NCBI GenBank assembly: GCA_028534125.1
Contig: CM052832.1
Location: forward strand, 9,922,001 to 9,986,000
Direction of reading: 5' to 3'
DNA length: 64,000 bases
Source: Lama glama
Taxonomy: Eukaryota
Each line of letters begins with the position of its first letter. Position 1 is the first letter of the stretch. Made by a program: the position numbers and the translations under genes. This document shows, one piece after another, positions 22,086 through 36,100 of the stretch. Under the pieces are notes generated by a model. It did not search any database and was not told the DNA's origin. It was given only the letters and a program-made list of their open reading frames with translations.

Positions 22086-24319
22086 CGTACTGACAAGCAT
22101 GGGGCTGGAAGTGGAAAGACAGTCCTCAAGCAGAAATTACCACTTACTGACTGCGAATGAATCAGCCTCCCAGCCCTCGTGCCCTGCAGACTCAGTTCTT
22201 CCGAACGATAACAACCGCCACCAAGGACGCTCCTGCTGATGCTGCCGTTTCTCGAGAGCCAGCCTCGCACCAGGCCCTCCACTGGGGCTTTTAAAACACC
22301 GTGTCGTTTCATCTTCATACCACACCATCCTGTCTCTGAATTTACAGCACAGACAGAGGGAAAGACTTCTGCCCGTCTGCCCTCCTGGGTCAGTGCCCTG
22401 CTAATTATTACCTGTCTACAAGTTGGAGGTGGCTCTTCAGCAAGCCAAAGTCCCTTTAAATCCCAAGAATCAGTTAGAGGAGGTATGTTTGCTATCTTAG
22501 AGGCCTCGGTTCAAGACTCCCTGGAAACTGTCCTTGTAGATTATCAGACATTGCCAGAGCATCTAGAATGTCCTGCAACCATTCATTCAGTAAACATCCA
22601 TTAAGCACCAACTATCGGTCCTCTGCCCTCAAGAAGCTCCAACTCTATGGAGGATTGGGGCTTGAACTGGCATAACCACAACCTGTGTGGAGTAGGACTG
22701 TGGCCTTCAGGAGGCACGTCATGCGTGTGTAACTGGAGAGGAGACACCAGGATGTGGGAATCCAGGAAGGCTGCAAGGAGGTGGCACATTTAATTTGAAC
22801 CTTGAGGAACAGGTAGGCTTCACTAAGCAGAGATGATGCCAGTGGCCTTCCAGGTAGGACAAAGAGCACCAGTTAAGGCACAGAGGTAGAGAAGTGGAGG
22901 CTCAGGGGTTAGATCCTTCTGGGAAGCCTTTTCCAGGAGGATGGGAGAGGGAGCAAAGTCAGCGGAGGAGACGGGGAAGGTGGTTGAGAGCTAGCAGGAG
23001 AGACGAGGAGGGAAAATCAAGCCCACCTGTAACAATTGTAGGGCCCGGTAAACGCAAAGGGCTCCTGGCCCCCAGCCTGCCCTCTCCCCCTTCCTCTTCA
23101 CCCTCTCAGCTTGTTCTGCAGAGTGACAGTCTCCTATTAATGCAATGCACGCACATTCCAGCCATGCACCCGAGCCCTGCCCACACCCTCCACCTGCCAA
23201 CGGCCGCCCCAGGTCGTGCCTCAGGCCCTGGGGCACACACGCCAGTCCTGCTTCACCCTTAAGAGGACAGACCAAGGGAGGAAGCCCTTGCAGGTGCTGG
23301 ACGGGGGCCTCGGGCTGTCTGGGCACAGATGCCCAAATATTGGGTCCCTGGAGCATGGCCTAGAAGACAAGTCACGTGCTACAGGAAGGCATGTTTCATT
23401 GGCCGCAAGAGCTCCTTGTTCTGTCAGGGACTCTGGGTGTCCAGGTCTACAGGTTGTTTGCAGAGAATCATGGAGGCCTGAAGAAGAGGTTTCCTCCGCT
23501 GTCACGTTCTCCAGGGAGGCTGAGTGGAACAAGGATTAAGAAGAGGCCACGGCATTAGAAGGTGGCCCCGGGCTTTGCGAGAGAGCGGAGTCTGAGCAGG
23601 GCAGGGTGTGCAGAGATGTGGGGTGAGTGTGAGGTAAGGGATGGGAGGCAGGGAGCACAGAGCCCTCTTTCAAGAAATTTGGCAGCGAAAGGAAATAAAG
23701 CCCAAGGAAGGGAGCACAAGGCGGAGGGAGAGAGGGGGAATGTCTGTGTGTGTTTGTGTTTAGAAGGCTGTAGACAGGAATATGTTTTGGTCTGAGGGAA
23801 AAGAGTCTCTGGAAAGACAGAGGGGCTGAGAAATCAGGAGGAAAAAAAAAAAAAGGAATGAAGAGAAAAATATGCCCCCAAAGCATCTTTTTATCCCCTC
23901 ATTAGCCAGGGGGTATGATGGCCTTAAAAAGGGAAAGGAAGGATTCCTCCTTCTCTGAGCGAAGGTGGGAGGAGAGTGGGAGCTGGAGGGAGTCCTAGCT
24001 GGGTGGTCGGGACTGTCCCTGAAATAACCCGTATTTATTGAACACCCTCTCACTGTGGAAACCCGGGCGCTGTTTTAGGTGCTCTGCCTGTGGAACCTTA
24101 GCCATGTCTCACAGCAGTCCTCAGGGGCAGTGCTGTTATTGTTCCCTCCATTTGACAGTAATAGAAATGGAGGCACAGAGAGGACTAGTAGCTGGCCCTA
24201 AGTAGCACAGCTAGCTAGCAGTGCTCTTAGACGTAGGCAAAGGGGCCTCGGACCGGGAACCCACACTTCAGAAGGCTCTGCCTGTCACAGACACACACAA
24301 AACAAGTTTACCAACAGAA

Positions 24320-26290
24320 TGGGACTTCAGCTCCTGGCCATGATGAAGTGGCAGGGGCTAGGTTTACTTTCCTGCCTTAAAAATCCAGGACTCCAGACAA
24401 AATATATGAGACAATGATTTTCAGACTTTGGACAAAGGCATCGTGGGACTGATCCCTGAGAAGGAAACAAATGAGGTGAGCCCTGTAATTACCCCAGCTC
24501 CCCGCCCAAGGCGGTTTCCAGGCTTCAGTGCATTGAGAAGACAGATTTAGAAAGGTGCTAGAAATTCACAGGGCAGAGTCCCAGGGAGGGGGAGCCGAAC
24601 ATATATCCAGAGGCCGGCAGAGGTGTCTCCTTGAGTCTGGCTGAGCACTGATTTACACAAACGTGAAAGGAAAGGCCGGGGAAAGACCCACCGAAGGCAG
24701 AGCAACTCCTGGAGAACACACGGGGCAGGGATTAGTTTGCGTCCCCATCAGGCAGAGTGGAAAGCCCTTGTAATACGTGGGGCATTGCGTACAGCCCTCC
24801 AAAGGGGATCACCGTAGCAGAGGTCTAAATTAACCTTCGACTGACAGCTACTCTGTATCTATCCTAAAAATCTTAAAAGCAAGCCTCAAAAGTATACCTC
24901 TTACTCCAAGTATGTTAGCTATGTATCAGAGCAAAGTCTGACACTACTTAAAGGAATGCAACAAACTCTTACAGCAAACCATAGAAAATTCACAATGTCC
25001 AGCATCCAATCAAACTACAGACCCATGTCCCTCACAAACATAGATGTAAAAATTCTACACAAATTTTTAGCAAATCAAATCCAACAATATATAAAAAGGA
25101 TAAAACATCGTGACCAAGTGGGGTTATCTCAGGAATGCCAAGTTGGTTCAATGTTTGAAAACCAGTCGATGTAATTCACCATATTAATAAACTAAAAAAG
25201 GGAAACCTTGTGATCATTTCAGTAGATGTAAAACAACTGTTTGACAAAATCCAACATCCATTCCTGATAAAAACTTTCAGAAAACTAAGAATAGAAGGAA
25301 AATTCCTCCATCTGATAAAGAGCAACAAGCAACCACAAAAGGCATGTAAAGATGTAGAAAAGTATGACCCACAGTCAGGAGAAAAATCAGTCAGTAGGGA
25401 GAGATTTAGAAATGAAGAGACAAAGGGATTAGCAGAGAAAGACATTGAAAGAGATAATATAAATGTGCGTCACTCATATGCCTCTTGTATCTGAGAAGGT
25501 AGAGAAACATATGAACACGACGGGGAGAAAAATAAAAGAGTATAAAAAAACCCAAGAGGGAGGGTATAGCTCAGCGGTAGAGCATGTGCTCAGCATGCAT
25601 GACGTCCTGGGTTCAATCCCCGGTACCTCCACTAAAAACAATAAATAAATAAACCTAGTTATCTCCCTGCCCTTCCCCCCAAATCCAAATGGGATGTCCA
25701 GAAATGAAAGATACGATATCTTATATAAAAAATACACTGGATATAATTATCAACAGGTTGGACACTGTAGAAGAAATGAGCAGTGAGTTTGCAGATATAG
25801 CACTGAAAAAACAAAACATTCAAAATGAAGCCCAGAGAGAAAATTTAAGAGGGGAAAAAACATAAATAGAACATCAGTGACGTTTGAGATACTATCAAGT
25901 TATCTAACATATGAATCATTGGAGACCCAGATTGGGGCAAACAAAAAAATCTGTTGGAAGGAATCAGGGTAAAAAAATTTCCAGATTTGATGAAAATTAA
26001 AAACAACAGATTCAAGAGGCTCAGCGAACCCAAGCGGAAGAGGACAGAAGGAAAACCACAGAAGGACACAACATAATCAGATGGCTGAAAACCAGGGACA
26101 AAAGGGGAACTGTAGGAGCATCTAGAGAAAAAAAGAACACAGCTCATACAGAGGAACAAAGAAAAAGAGTGACAGCATATTTCTCCTGGGAAACTCTGCA
26201 GGTGGCAAGACAACGGAGAGACATCCTTAAAGTAATACAAGAGAAAAAAAATAAGAAACCGTCGACCTAGAATTCTATACTTAGTGAAAC
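24320..26290 (+). mobile_element. Old L1M 5' UTR/ORF1 fragment carrying an ORF2 (RT) fragment and a SINE
   Basis: A-rich ORF1 remnants (ttccagatttgatgaaa...gattcaagaggctcagcgaacccaag...cctagaattctata); RT motif [15 protein letters not shown]...FDKIQHPFLIKT at about 25012-25325. Confidence 0.85.
25556..25680 (+). mobile_element. tRNA-derived camelid-type SINE (Vic-1-like)
   Basis: gggagggtaTAGCTCAGCGGtagagcatgtgctcagcatgcatgacgtcctgGGTTCAATCCCcggtacctcc + (AAAT)n + cctagttatctccc; flanked by aaacccaa/aaatccaa. Confidence 0.88.
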
Positions 26291-26639
26291 AAAGCAACAT
26301 ACTATGTACCGGCTAGACCCTTTGCCTACCGGACACTGCTAATGCCCGGCCAGAGATGGCCAGTGTTCTCGAGGAGTTAGAGACAGGCTAGCACTCAGCT
26401 GAGTTCGTTCTCTTTGATGGTACCAAAAGGACTGAAAAGGAATTCAAAAGGCAGAGTTACTTTTTGCCATCCAGTCATCTCTGGGACACCAGTAATACAG
26501 CCCCAACTGTCTGGGAAACACTGTTCTGGGCCAGACCCCAAGAAGGTGCTAATCTGAGTGGTCAAGCCAAACTCCCAGCACTCCCCATCACCACTGCGCC
26601 AACCTTATGCGCTGGTGCACTGTCTCCAAAGTCAGCCCC

Positions 26640-27045
26640 CAACAGCCTCTCCCATTCCTGTGCCACGTTGCTCTTCCTACCAGAAGACACAGGCTCTTGC
26701 CCCTTCCCTTGATTCTAGGCTGGCCTTGGGGCTGACCTGGAGCAAGAGAACACACCAGAAATGAAGCTGTGCCAGTTCCAGCCTAGAAACTGACTGCTTC
26801 CACCTGGACTCCTTGGGGCCCTGGGCTGCCGTGCAAGAAGTCCATCTTGCTGGAACTGGTGCCCACTGCTTCCCAGCCCCTCCAGCTGAACTGCCAGCTG
26901 AGCGCAGCCAATGGTGACCCCACCACCATCACAAGGACCACCGGTACTTTCCAGCTGAGCCCCCAGAATCATAAGAAATAGGAAAAAGCTGTTGTTTTAA
27001 GTCACCAAACTTTGGAGCAGTTTTTACACAGTAACAGACAACTGA
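26640..27045 (+). mobile_element. Old MLT1 (H/I-like) LTR fragment
   Basis: gtgccagttccagcctag...cccagaatcataagaaata...gttgttttaagtcaccaaactttggagcagtttttacacag. Confidence 0.65.
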
Positions 27046-29059
27046 TCATGTGCCAAGCACTGCTGACAGCCTTACGCATGTTATTCATTTAATCCTCACA
27101 ACATCCTTGGGAGAATGTTACCTTCAGCTCTATTTTACAGATGGGAAAGCCCAGGCTCAGAAGGGCGACATCACCTTGCCCACGGACTCAGAGCTAGAAA
27201 GTGCTAGAGCATGGATTGGACCTAAGTCTGTCTGACTCCGAGAGGGGCAGGGCAAGGGGAGGGCTGGGAGAACAGAGGAGAACCCATGTTCCGCAACAGG
27301 AGGGAGAGAGAGGGGTCGCCCAATTTGCTCCTGTCAAGGACTGTCCAGGACTGTCTGGGCACCAGGCAAGTGCATAGCCAGCTGAGGAGGGCAAGATGAA
27401 ATGGGAGATCAGGTTCTGCATCACGGGTTAACCCCAGGGGAGACGGATTCCACGGCCAAGAGCTCTTTGACCCAGGCAGACTCCAGCCCCGACCCCTCCA
27501 GGCACCACCAGACTTCACATGGTCCCAACTGGATATTATCTCTGGAAAGGTCTCCTGGCTTGTCTAGCTCACCAGTCCGGGGACCCATGTGGCCAAGCTT
27601 CCTGCTACCCGGTGCCCATGCTGTGATGGTTACCAGGCTGCCCACGTGGGGCATCTCCCTGGCACAGACCTCCCTCCTGCCTGTGTCCTGGCATCCTGCC
27701 CAATAGTCTTCTCATGTCACCAGCTAAACCTGAAATTCCCCACCCCATTGGATGCTGGATGCTTTGATGGATGAGAGGGGACCTTAATGACACTAATATG
27801 TCCTTGGGCACGTAAAGCCAGCTCTAGGATTCAGAGCTGGGTGGCCCTGGGTCCCTCCAGGCATCTGTTTGCATGAACTTACCAGCAGGCAGGTGGCATT
27901 CCTTGGAAGCTGGGAGAAGGGAGGTTTCTGGTGAAGTTGCCTGAGACGGAGGGAGAGATGAGAGGGATGATGTGAAATCAACAGAGAGGGCTATGAATTC
28001 TCGCTCCCAACCTCCGGTCCACTGTTCGACTCTAGACGTTTCAGAGAGCTGAAAGCCACATTTCTCAAAACTTGCTGTCAATAGGGATTCAATAAGTGCC
28101 AATAAGTTTCAGCCTAATGTGGATGCACTGGGTGGTATCTGGAAGCAGCAGTGAGCATCCTTTGTGGCTGCTTTTGCTCACGGGAAATGTGGAGGAAATG
28201 TGCTTTTTCTGCTGTGGCATCCCAGGGCCATTCTGTAGCTTCCTGGCTGTTGAGAGGCCAGTTTGGCAGCAGCAAGAGCAGCTTCCTGATCCTTGGACGG
28301 CAGCCATGGGGTGTGATCTTGAACTCTGAGCTCCCATGGGGCCTCAGAGGAGTAGCCTACTGATGGGTCCTGGGTGGCCACCTCCTCTTTTGGGAGATGC
28401 TGTTCTCCCGGCCTGGGCAGTGCCACACCCACCTCTCTGCCACCTCCTCCTGGGTGCTTGTCTTCCCTCTTCTTGTTACCTTTCCTCTCTCTTTAAATTC
28501 TCTTCCCCAAGAGAGCTGTCACTTATCTGCAGATTCAATGGCAGCCCCCCGGACTTGCAGGAGGATGGCCAGAGAATCCAGAGGTTGACAGCCTAGCCTC
28601 AAAGCTGTCACTCATCCCCTGAGCCCTGGAGAACCCGCCCTTTCTTTTGTGGGCCTCAGTTTTCTAACCTGTAAAATGATAGAGTTGCAATGAAAGTTCC
28701 CTCCCAGCTTGAACCAATAATTATTCATTCCACAAACATGTAATTGAGGGTTTGCTGTCTGACAGGTACTGGTTTAGGCGCTGAGGCAACAAGACAGATG
28801 GGGCCTCCTGTCCATGTAGACCTTGCGTTCTAGAAGGCAGGTTGATGAATCAGCCTGGAAGTAGAACACAGACAGCTACCTGCCTTGGTTGGAAGAATCA
28901 AGCTATCCCAGCCTTGTGAAGAAAAGCGGCAGTGTCCTCGCTCCCTGCGCACCACTCCCACCCTGCACCCCACCTCCTCCACCCCGCCCCCAACCCACCA
29001 CCTGTCCCCACCCACCTCCACCTGGCCGCCCCCAGCCACTCCCCAGGCACCACCACTTT

Positions 29060-30655
29060 CAATTCTTTTAAATGCTTCCTTTTGAATTTTAGCATCTGTA
29101 GAAAAGAGACTGGCATCGCTACTTTTTGATGTTTCAGTTTTAGATGCCAGTTACATTTTCACTCTATAAGATGTGGATTACGTTCTCTTTTATCCACCCT
29201 GCCCCTTATCACCTTCCCCTAGGCCGCCTTCCTGTCTCCTCGTTCTTTGATGTGGTTTCATCATCTGCTTGGTTAGATGGGGGACTCAATGTCTTCATTT
29301 TTATGATGAAGTGTTATTTATAGCTAAACCATGTAGTATATTATTTTTTTTCAACATTTTGTTCTCTCTGGAGCAAACTGCCCTTTTTCATTTGCTTCGT
29401 TTTCCTCGTACTAGATCCACTCTCCAAATCTTCCCTAGTAGTGTAGATCTCATCCCAATACGTCCAAGTTTTAGGCATTCTATGCATCTCAGCTTCTTGA
29501 AGAAATCAGAGCCCTTTGACTTCTCCAGTCCAACCTGGTGGCTCCTCTCCTGGCAGGGGGTCCTCACCCTTCTCTTATGTTGATCTTCGACTTCCTTTTT
29601 CTTGTTTGCTGGGGAACACATCCTCTCCCCTTCCAATGTGAGAAACGGTGAATGGAAGTTACAGTTGTGGGAGATTTTGCTCGTCTCGACATGTTTTTAC
29701 CCTTTAAACACTTAATTCATAGTTTAACAGGGTATGGAATTTTAGGTTGGGAAAAATATATTCTCTTAAAACGTCAAAGGCTATACTTCATCATTCTCTA
29801 CAACAGTGTGTTTAACAACCAGAGCTGTTTGGAATCTTGATCCTATCCTGTGACTTAGTTGTCTCTTTAGAAGTTTGTAGCACCTTTTTGTCTCCAGTGT
29901 TCTGAAATTCCATGATGCCATGCTATGCTTTGGTGAGGGGACATTTTTATACACTCTTAGGCCCATTCAGTTTGGAAACTCATGTCCATCAATTCTGAGA
30001 AATTCTCTTACGATACTTTTTTCAGGGATTTTCTCTTCTCTGTTTTTTTCTTTCTCTTTCTAGTTCTCCTGTTATTTAGTTGTTGGTCTTCCAGAAATTG
30101 TCCTCTAGTTTCATCGTCTTCTGTTTTCCTTCTTTTTTTTGTTTGTTAGTTTGCTACTGTTTGGGAAGATCATTTTTAACCTCCAGTCTTTCTATTTAAT
30201 TTTTAATCCTGTTAGATTTTTAATTTCTAAGATCTCATTTTGTTCTCTGAATGTTCATTTTTGTAGCATCTTATTCTTATTTCACAGATGCAGTTATCAT
30301 ATTTCTCTGAGGATAAATAATTTAAAAAAATTTCTTTCTGTCTGCATAATAGTGTCTTTCAAATTGCTTTCATCTAACTGTTTCCAGCTCTGTTTTTCAT
30401 ATTAGATGCTTTTCTCATATGTCTGTGAATCGTTGGGTTTCTATTGGAGAATGGAACTCTAAATGCTTTGTGCCTTTGCTGCCTCTGGCCTTCAGAAACC
30501 CCACAGCTAATCCCCCTGTAGTGGTCCTGCCTCTGTGGCATCAGTGTCCCCCGGCCCAAAGACCCTCTGTTTCACCCATGCCAGAATATGTGATGGTACA
30601 GGGAGGCGAAGGGACCTGGAGGACTAACTGCTCCTTGAACTGACTTTCAGTTAGT
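29060..30655 (-). mobile_element. Degenerate L1M/HAL1-like ORF1 region, antisense
   Basis: T-rich; gggtatggaattttaggttgg and ccagtgttctgaaattccatgatg are typical antisense ORF1 remnants. Confidence 0.6.
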
Positions 30656-30660
30656 TTGCC

Positions 30661-31025
30661 TTTTTTTTTTTTTAATAGACTTACTTTTTAGAGAAGTTTT
30701 AGGTTCATAGCAAAATTGGGTGGAAAGTGTAGAGAGTTCTCATACACCCCCTGCTCCCCTCCCCGCCATCCACATCTTCACCCAAAGGGTCTGTTTGTTA
30801 CAGTTGATGAACCTACATTGTCCCCTCATTGTCACCTGAAGTCCATAGTTTACGTTAGGCTTCAGCCTTGGTGTTACACACTCTGTGGATCTGGACAAAG
30901 GTATAAAGACATGTACCCACCATAGAGTCTCACACCAAATATTTTCACTGCCCTGAAAGTCCCCTGTGCTCCACTGATGTATCCCTTCCTCCTCCCGACC
31001 ACTGGCAACCACTACCTTTTTACTT
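30661..31025 (-). mobile_element. L1MC/MD-like 3' end with poly(A) tail
   Basis: T13 followed by aatagacttactttttagagaagttttaggttcatagcaaaattgggtggaaagtgtagagagttc; similar to 15820-16200. Confidence 0.85.
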
Positions 31026-32644
31026 TTTAAAATTCTCCCTTATCCCTACTTGCAAGCTGTGCCAAGCAGCCTTAAGCCCAGGTGGGGAGTGGGGGTGGCT
31101 GTGATGTAGGGTGTCTCAGCTGCCCTCACTGCTGGCTCAGGGCTCGGATTTCTCCGCCCGTCCTCTCTCCAGCTTCCAAGAGTTGTTACTGTTGTCCTCT
31201 CCCTTGTTCTATTTGTTTCTATGAGTCTGTACCTTCAAAAAAAAAAAAAAAAAAAGTCCCCCTGCTGTGGTGCAGCAGGGCTTCGGGAGGGCCTGAAGGG
31301 GAATGTACGGACATTCTGCTGTCACCTCAAATTCACCTTGACCCTGACCACCCCCCTCATCTCCTTCTGCAGAATCAGCTCCTCCTCTGTATGTTCTGAT
31401 AACTAAGGTTTAAAGCACACGGGCTTCTTTGCACCTTTACTTCCCTAGCCTCCTGCTTGTGGAGCCAGGCTCCCCTCTGTCTTCCTCTGGTGCCCTGCCT
31501 GCTTCCTTTCCTCTCCGCGCACAGCCAGCGCCTCCCAGATCCGCTTCTCACACCCAGGCCTGAACGAATGGCCTGTTAAGGATCTTCAAGCCTCCCCCCT
31601 TCACTTCTAACCTACAAAGTGTCTGCGAATCAACCAACAAACCAATTTGCCCTGGACATGTTATTCACGGCTCAAAAATATTTTGTCTAGAGTGAAAAGT
31701 CCAAATTTCTGAGGTAGGCAGGCGAGTTTCCACAGTGACTCCAGTCAGCATCTCCCGGCCAAATTCTCCTGTCACGACTGCTGGGCCCGGGCCGGGCCTT
31801 CTGAATGCACTGGCCCCTTCCCGACGCTGTTCCCTCCGCCTGTGCACCTCTCAGGACTCAGTCCTATGCTGTCTCTGATGCAAAGCTTCCAAGTTACCCT
31901 TGGGGAGTCGCCCGCACCTTCCCCTGGGTTTCCAGCGGCAAATCCAATGTTGTGTGGCCGTTTTGAGGTTTACATATCTGTCTCTCTTAGAGCTTCTTTG
32001 AGGGGAGGAACTGTAATTTATCCATCTCGTATGTTCAGGGCTTCACTCAGTGTCTTGTGTGCATTAAGTTCTCAATAAATGTTGACTCTACAGTTACGCT
32101 TCATTTTTTGTCTGTGTCTCTTCTTTTCTAGGCTGCTGCCTTCATTGTCACCGTATTAATACCACTTTTATAGGAAGATGGTTTTAATAATTAAATTCCT
32201 TGCAAGTGTCATTAGAAGGACCTTCTTTGTGTCAAAGATTGCTCACAGCCAAAGGGAAAAGGGTCTGTTCTTTTGCATGTTGCCTTATCATCTTACTCCT
32301 TTACCCATCAGTGTTCCTTCCCCCACTGTTCCGTAAGCCCCCTGAGGGCAGGGTCTGTCCCAAGCTCTTCCTTTCGGCCTCGGCCTCCCCGGGGCGCCCA
32401 GCTCCCGCCTGGGTGGAGAGCAGGAGCTCAGGGCATGTTTGTAGAGGGACTGTGTGTGCTCTGAGGTTGGGGAAGATCATGGGCCAGTCCGGGGTGACCC
32501 TCTGGTGTGGAAGCAAAATCAGGAAGCCCAGCTGGGCCGAGGTCAGGCCTGGGGGGAGGTGGTGGTGAAGGCGTGATGGCGAGGACCAGCTCGGACTGTG
32601 GGAGAAGCCCACAGAGCCAAGTATTCTCTGGGAAGCAGGAAGAA

Positions 32645-33144
32645 NNNNNNNNNNNNNNNNNNNNNNNNNNNNNNNNNNNNNNNNNNNNNNNNNNNNNNNN
32701 NNNNNNNNNNNNNNNNNNNNNNNNNNNNNNNNNNNNNNNNNNNNNNNNNNNNNNNNNNNNNNNNNNNNNNNNNNNNNNNNNNNNNNNNNNNNNNNNNNNN
32801 NNNNNNNNNNNNNNNNNNNNNNNNNNNNNNNNNNNNNNNNNNNNNNNNNNNNNNNNNNNNNNNNNNNNNNNNNNNNNNNNNNNNNNNNNNNNNNNNNNNN
32901 NNNNNNNNNNNNNNNNNNNNNNNNNNNNNNNNNNNNNNNNNNNNNNNNNNNNNNNNNNNNNNNNNNNNNNNNNNNNNNNNNNNNNNNNNNNNNNNNNNNN
33001 NNNNNNNNNNNNNNNNNNNNNNNNNNNNNNNNNNNNNNNNNNNNNNNNNNNNNNNNNNNNNNNNNNNNNNNNNNNNNNNNNNNNNNNNNNNNNNNNNNNN
33101 NNNNNNNNNNNNNNNNNNNNNNNNNNNNNNNNNNNNNNNNNNNN
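32645..33144. other. Assembly gap (500 N)
   Basis: Exactly 500 N, probably a placeholder length. Confidence 1.
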
Positions 33145-36100
33145 AGCCCAGAAAACTATAGAAAACCCCTTTCTTGACACTCCGTGGCAGTGTTTCCTCT
33201 CCTGCACCTCTGGGGTCCTCTTCCTTTGCGATTAAACTCAATGAGAGAGAGATGACCCCCCTGCCTCTGTTTCTACTCCACACACTGACTCCTTCGTGCG
33301 TCTCTCTTCTGCTCTTACTCTCCTCTGTCCGAGGGTGCAGAGACCACCTATGGCCAAGCCCGTGGTGGTGATGGCAGTGGTGGGGGTCTCCCAGACCTTG
33401 TCTTCTGTGAGCCCAGTCCCTGCAGAGCCCCCCCCCCCACCTTGGCCTGAGGACGGCCCTCTCTCCCGGTTCTCCTCCTTGCCCCTCAACCATCTCTGCC
33501 TTCCTTCACAGCCACGCCTCTTGCCTCATGATCAGATGTGGGCCCAGCTGGGCTTCACCAAGGTCCACCTCCCCAGCCCCCGTGCAGGCCGCTCCCTGCA
33601 AGCCCTGTCTAACACCCCACCGCTTCCTTGGTCCTCTCTTAGGCCCAGATGGGCTGAAAGGATGAGATTTCTTCCTCTGGCCCAAGATATACACCTTGGA
33701 ATCATTCTTCTTTTGTTTTTAAATGAAATATTCCAGCCACACCACGGTACAAGGAATCATGGAATGAACCCCTGTGTTCCCACCACCCAGCTCAATAATT
33801 AACCCTGACTGACATGCTGAAGCCCCTCAAGAACCTCCCTTCCCCAAAGAGGCAGCCACCATCCTGAATGTGTTATTTATCATTCCTGCAAATTCTTTAA
33901 ATGTTTGCTACATAAATGACAGGACTCTGTATTTTTCTTCCATCCCCCCACCCCTCAGAGGTACCCTGCTGACACAAGTAGCTCATGCCGATTCTTTTCT
34001 GTGCAGTCGAATGCTCCATGGTGAAAATGGACCACACTGTACGTCCCCCCTCCTGGGAAGAGACATTTCAGATACACCAGCTGAGGTCACTTTGGACCTC
34101 TCTTCTCTCATGCAGCTGCCTGTCCCATCTTCCACTCTGCTGGTTAAAAAGTCTCCCCATATCACCCGCCAGAGCAGCCTCCCTGTTTAGGACTCACCTG
34201 TCACCGCAGTAGCCACCTGACCGGCCCATGTGGGCCTAACCCATTCGCCCACAGCTACTTCCTGCCCACATCTGATGCGCGTCCGTTTCTCCCTGCTCTG
34301 CACCATCTTCTGGTGCTGCCCCCAGCCCCCAGCTTGGACCCCCAGCTTGCCTTCAGACCCCCCACAGTCTGGTTCCCACCGTTCCGGGATCACCTCCCAG
34401 CACTGCAGCCTCTATGGTCTGGCTGTCCCCAGATGTCTTAACCTGTCTCACTCCTGCCTTCTCTCAGTTGTTGCCTCCCCCCAACCCCCCCCACCCCCAC
34501 CTTGCCAAGCTCTGCTGCTGAGTTTTATCTTTCCCCTCAAGGCTCCTCCTGTCACTCATCTGCTCCAAGAAGCCTGCTCTCGGAACACCTCTGAAGGCCA
34601 CAGCATGTGGTCATGGAACTGCTGATTTCGCCCCTGCCAAGCTACTTCTGTGTTTATTTAAGTGCAAGACCGCCCCGCTCTGATGTAAACTCCTCAGGGA
34701 TGTAGGGCGTGTCTGAATCTTCAGCAGCGGCACCAGCAGTGCCTGCGCTTCCCAGGTATCAGCAGGTGTAGGCCCGGGCACATGTTTCATATCCACTACT
34801 CCACTTAATTCTTCCCTCAGTCTTCCGAGGAGTCAGGGCTTCTCATCACCACTTTGGAGATCAGGAAACCACCCTGCAATTGACTTGCCCGAGGCCCAGC
34901 CCTGCCCAGAGAATGCAAATGTGGGTTGGCAATGACAGTGGTGGCTTGGCTGCTGTCAGCCCACTGGCCCCCTTGCCCTGGCCTCTCCCTCCTCACTCAG
35001 CTCTTTGTTTTCTGCCACATTAACCTTCCCAAAGCTCCATCTAGGCTCCTCTACAAGCCTAGAACATCTCTCCTCTTCCCTCTTCCTACTCGAATTTCCC
35101 CTTCCCAGCTGCAGCCTCTCTTCCAGGGAGTCCTCCAGGACCACATGAGTCCCCCTGACCCCTCTGGTAATTGGCATCCAAGACTGCATTTTATTAAGAG
35201 CTATAATGTACTGTGGGCCTAGTATGCACTAGACACATTTTTATATGCTGTATTAATAATCTTCTCAACAAGCCAGTGATGATCACCCCACCCCAGTCTA
35301 TAGATGAGGAAACGGAAGCCCAGAGAGGCCAAGAAGTTTTCCCAAGGCCACAGAGCTAGCAAGTAGCAGAGGCAGGATCTGAATCCCTGCAGGGCCCAAG
35401 TTTTCTCCCTTGTGGGACTCGGCATTCAGCTGGACTCCATCAGTTTTCCAGCCAGGGATGCAGCTCTCCGAGAGCAGAGTCCTGTGCTGTCTGGTGTCCA
35501 TCCACCCCCGTCCCTGTGCTTGACTCCCTCCTGAGCCCAGGCAGCACCTGATGTAGGCAGCCTGGTTCCAGGTCTGAGAGCAACTGTGGCCCTGACCCGT
35601 AGCAGTGGTAGAAGCCTTCGACTCAGGGCCAGAAGCTCCAGAATGCTCGCCCCTTCTGTCCCACCCCTGTTCATTTGGCCCATCTTCCAAAGGTGGCCAG
35701 CGCCCCCTCCCCACACCCCGTCCCTGGCCCCTCCTGGGCAAGCCTTGGCTGCCACCGTGACCGCCCTCTTGGGAGGGGCTATTTTTCTAAACTTTTGAAC
35801 CTGAGGTGGAAGCAGACTGTAGGTGTGGAGGGGACCTGGGCCTGTGTGATGGGATGTCACAGTGACTACCGCATGGCATGTGTCCCTGCTCTGGGTGGCC
35901 ACAGGGTCATTGAAGGCTTTCAAGATGGAAGGGACCTCTTGGTGTAAACATATCTGATCAGCAGCACGTGTGTTTTCCCATGTGTCCATGCACGCGCTCA
36001 GGTGTATGCGTGTGTATGTGTCTGCGTGGTCCTTGTGAATCCACTCCACCCCACCCAGGGGCCTCCTTGCCTTCACTGCTCTGACTCCTTATTCCAATAG

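Noticed and set aside
25556..25635. tRNA-like sequence with A and B boxes
   Set aside because: Followed by an (AAAT)n SINE tail, lacks a proper acceptor stem and has a second copy at about 19125-19209; it is a SINE head, not a tRNA gene.
32428..33493. Long ORFs spanning the N run
   Set aside because: Artefacts of translating through the 500-N gap.
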